From Octopus sinensis (taxonomy: Eukaryota): a stretch of 52,264 bases of DNA. Positions within the stretch are counted from its first letter, which is position 1. The number at the start of each line of letters is the position of its first letter. Shown here in pieces: positions 48,620 through 52,264 of the stretch. The stretch spans positions 1 through 52,264 of the forward strand of contig NW_021832539.1 in assembly GCF_006345805.1 (NCBI RefSeq), given 5' to 3'. The notes below the pieces were generated by a model. That model did no database searches. It had not been told where the DNA came from and saw only the letters and a list, made by a program, of their open reading frames with translations. The position numbers were made by a program, and so were the translations under genes.

Positions 48620-50945
48620 ACTGTATTTTATGTAGGACATGGGCAGTTCCCATGAGCACTATCATTTGAATTTCTGCCATTTTGGGGTTTCCTGGTACCT
48701 GAGCTAGGTAAAAATCAGCCCCTTTTGCTATTATTCATAGGGCACCTATGACAACTGGTATTGTTTTAGTCTTGAGGCTCTACAGTTTGCCAATTTGTAC
48801 CTCAAGATCTTTATACTTGGGCAGTTTTAGGTATGACTTGACAAATACATTTACATCGATTGGGACAGTCATATCAATGAGGCGGCATGATTTTTGTCTG
48901 AAGTCTGGCCTATTTGCATCTATCTTTCTGTCAGTTTGAATGGGGAAGTTCTAGAAGAGTGAGATGTGATCATTTTCAAGCACTGGAGGTGGTTTGTGTT
49001 CCCACCAGTTTTTATTATAGGACAGGTCCAGGTTTTTGCAAATCATTCAGTGAATATTTTGTCTATCAATATCTCAAGCCTGCTGAGATACTCTGTATGC
49101 GCAAGAAGACTGCACATGGAGACAACATGATCAATGGTTTCGTTTTGTTGTTGACATACATGACGTGTTGGCCTGGTAGTTTCTTGTAGGTAGGCATTGA
49201 TTTTGTGCTACTGTGATAAACCCTTCTGTTTCTAAATTTAAGCCAGAAGACATTAGCCATTGATGGGTAAGGGCTTTGTCAACATCGGCATTATTAGCTC
49301 TCTTTGGGCATTTGCCATTGAGAGGTTTTTCTTGCCATTTGTCAGTAAGAATATCTAAAGCAGCAGTTTTAGCACAGGTTTTCATAGGCTTAGCTTTTCC
49401 TCTGCTTGTTTCTTGTATATCTAATTCTGGAAACAGTTGAATTTGGAATTCACTTAGATATTCTTTTGCCTGTTTTGTTACTGAGTATGATGCTTTCTCG
49501 CTTTCATGCTTTGAGACAGGTTTTTCAGGTAGGTGTCTAAGCCAATTGTGGTAATCTTCATTGTAAATTCCAGTTGTAAATTCCAGTTGTTAATTCCAGT
49601 TGTAAAAGTCCACAGACACCATCTTTTCTTGGCAGGTAAAGTCGTTCTATATCTGATTTAGGGTGGTGCATTCTATGCATTGTCGACAATTTTCGTATTT
49701 TTCTGTCAAGATTACATATTTCAATAATTGACCAATTAATGATATTGAAACTGTAAGTCACGACTAGTATAGCTAAAGTATTGATTGCTTCGATCCTGTT
49801 TCTTGCATTCAGCTCTGTCTTGAGTATTGCCCTAACCCTGTGGTAATATTCTCTTCTGATCCTTTCCTTCATCACTGAATGTTTGATTCTGTCCCCTTCA
49901 AATATCTTTGGTAAGCCAGGGATCATTCTCATATAATTTTCAGTTCCCTTCTTGATCATTCCTAGTGCTCTTACGATCACTGGTATTGTAACCGCCTTGA
50001 GATGCCACATTTTCTCAATTTCAATGAGTAGGTCTTTATATTTTCTGAGCTTGTCAAACTCTTTCGCCGAGATATTATGATCACAGGGGATGCTCATGTC
50101 GATCAATAAGCAAACTTTATTGTTTTGGTCTTTCACAACAATATCTGGTTTATTGGCTTTGATGGTTCGGTCTGTATGTACTGGAAAGTCCCACAGAATC
50201 GTTACATTTTCTCCTTCAATTACAGTTTCAGGGTGGTGATTATACCACTTGTCGGCAGTTTTGATATTGTAATGCCGACTTATTAGCCAGTGTAGATATT
50301 GGTCAACTCTGTCATGTCTTAATTTATACTCCACTGGTGCTAAGACTTTACATCCAGAGATTAGGTGGTCCACTGTTTCAATCATGTTGTTGCAGAATCG
50401 GCATTTTGGGTCTGCTCCATTTTTCATCACATTGGCCTGGTAGTTCCGGGTTGATAGGCTTTGGTCTTGAGCAGCCAGGATGAAACCTTCGCTCTCTGCT
50501 TTTAGCCCTGAGCTCCGTAGCCACTGATGGGTTTGCTTCTGGTCAACATCAGCTTGTTTGCTGCGGGCCACATATTTGCCGTGCAGAGGTTTCTCCTCCC
50601 ACCTATCAGCCAATTGCTCGTGCGCTTTTTCGTTGCCATTATTTTCACCTTCTTTGCAACAATAGTTGCCGTACTTCCCTCGGGTTGTTCAGTTTGGGTA
50701 TCCTGCACGAGATCAATAGTAAATTTTTTGCTTTCCTTTATGATAGAATGAAACTTCTTTCATCTCTTGTGATTTTCCACGAGCTTTAGCATCCAGTCAT
50801 TCGTTATTTCAAGATATTTGGCCAGTCCAATTGTGGTTGTTTTGTAAGCTAGTTCAAATTGGATCAGGCCTCGACCTCCTTGGGCTCTGGGAAGGTAAAG
50901 GCGATCTACGTCTGCCTTTGGGTGGTGCATCCTATTACAACTCAG
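48620..50945 (-). mobile_element. Head-to-tail R4/Dong-like fragments, including chimeric ORF 49558-50613
   Basis: The thumb-to-RLE motif series appears twice. Confidence 0.85.
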
Positions 50946-50962
50946 CAGCTTGCGTATGTTCC

Positions 50963-50996
<34 letters not shown>

Positions 50997-50999
50997 TTA

Positions 51000-51350
51000 T
51001 TCTCTTTGCACAGCTTCTAATGCTGGAGATGTACTAAGGTGTCAGTTGTTCACGACTAGTGAACTAAAGTAACACCCTTTATTTTCCGAACACCCTCTGG
51101 AATATTTGAGTGGTTTCAAGCAATAATGTTTCTGCAGGTGCTCCATCCTTATTGCTGTTTCCTATTTGTTCCACGTACTTCTAAAGACTTTTCCTCACTG
51201 TTCCCAGGGCTTCGACAATTATTGGTACTACTTCTATATTTTTCAGCAACCACAGTTGCTTAACCTCCCAAGCTAACCTGTTATATCTAGTGACTTTTCT
51301 TTCTTCCTTATCGCATAACTTGTTGTCAGATGGGCATGCTATAATCTATA
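51000..51350 (-). mobile_element. R4/Dong-like 3' end adjoining (AAT)n
   Basis: Matches 47745-48080. Confidence 0.8.
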
Positions 51351-51374
51351 ATCCACTTCACGGAATTGATCGGG

Positions 51375-51575
51375 GATACCCTCACTGGATCGAACCAGAT
51401 GGTGTGTCTAGATGTGGTAAGTCTGTTCGCCAAAGTCCCAACTATCAGCGATTCAAGAAAAACTGGTGACAGACACCTGTCTAAAAGAACGCACTAGTAT
51501 ACCAATAGGAAACTTGATGGAAATGTTGACCTTTTGTGTAGAAACTACCTACTTCAGAATGGACTGTAATATATA
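51375..51575 (+). mobile_element. PLE RT fragment (Poseidon/Penelope-type)
   Basis: MVCLDVVSLFAKVP...ERT...MLTFCVETTYF (RT motif A region). Confidence 0.75.
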
Positions 51576-52264
51576 TTGAACGTGTCAAAGTGCTGTCATC
51601 TGCCTGTCGGCTCTACTCCTGCAACTCAACTTGATTTCGAGCCGGGTCGTCTGCTGCTGGAGAGGACCGATCAGGTAAAGGACCTGGGTATCTTGGTGGA
51701 TTCCTCCTTTTCGCCTTCGGCCCAGTGCGTCCATGCTGCCAACAAAGCGCGCGGAATTCTGTTTTTGATTCGACGGTCATTCGGAATGCTCACAGCAGCC
51801 ATATTCCTACCACTCTATATCACGCTGGTGAGACCCATATTGGAGTATGGGATTCAAGCCTCTTCTCCTTATCTCCTCAAAGACATACAGCATCTCGAAA
51901 GAGTCCAGAGGTTGGCTACCCGCATGGTTCATGGTCTCAAAAATTTGTCCTACGAAGAAAGGCTGAGGACGCTCGACCTTTATTCTCTTGAAAAACGCCG
52001 CCGCCGTGGTGATCTCATTCTCGCCCACAACATCATAAGTGGGAAGTGTAACCTCTCGAAAGAGCTGTTCTTCACTCCTGCTCCGGAGCGTCGGCTGCGA
52101 GGTCATTCCGAAAAGCTCTACCTGCGACGATTTCATCTCAATCGAAGGAGAGGAGCTTTCTCCGTCCGGGTTGCGGATCCGTGGAACAAGCTGCCAGACG
52201 AGATGGTGAAGATGCCAATGACCGCTTTGTTCAAAGCCTCCCTGGACCTCAAGTGGCCTGAACT
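51576..52264 (+). mobile_element. 5'-truncated CR1-clade LINE with an open frame to the window end
   Basis: LNVSKC, KDLGILVD, LVRPILEY, LERVQRLATRMV, RRRRGDLI and WNKLP motifs; no stop in about 229 codons. Confidence 0.9.

Overview
AT-rich, repeat-dominated eukaryotic DNA, most likely an octopus or other cephalopod (inferred from the SINE families, not database-verified). The left part (1-21.7 kb) holds a tandem array of an unidentified, intron-containing minus-strand gene: two near-identical units of about 4.1-4.3 kb plus more diverged paralogous exons, interrupted by RTE, mariner, Helitron and SINE relics. One micro-exon differs strongly between the two young copies while its flanking introns are almost identical. 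A ~70-bp purine-rich satellite and an old Ty3/Gypsy provirus follow (21.8-28.1 kb). The 29.4-42.2 kb region is a cluster of Penelope-like elements (PLEs) inserted in (TA)n tracts: two 5'-truncated Neptune-type RT-thumb/GIY-YIG ORFs with inverted terminal copies, six readable type-I hammerhead ribozyme folds (one with a core mutation, two with a non-canonical stem-II base pair), a 470-bp palindrome, and a 3'-tail layout shared by three dissimilar elements. The right part is stacked R4/Dong-like, RTE, PLE and CR1 LINE fragments. No intact conserved host gene, tRNA, rRNA or CRISPR array was found. Structures and alignments were done by eye, and many boundaries are approximate.
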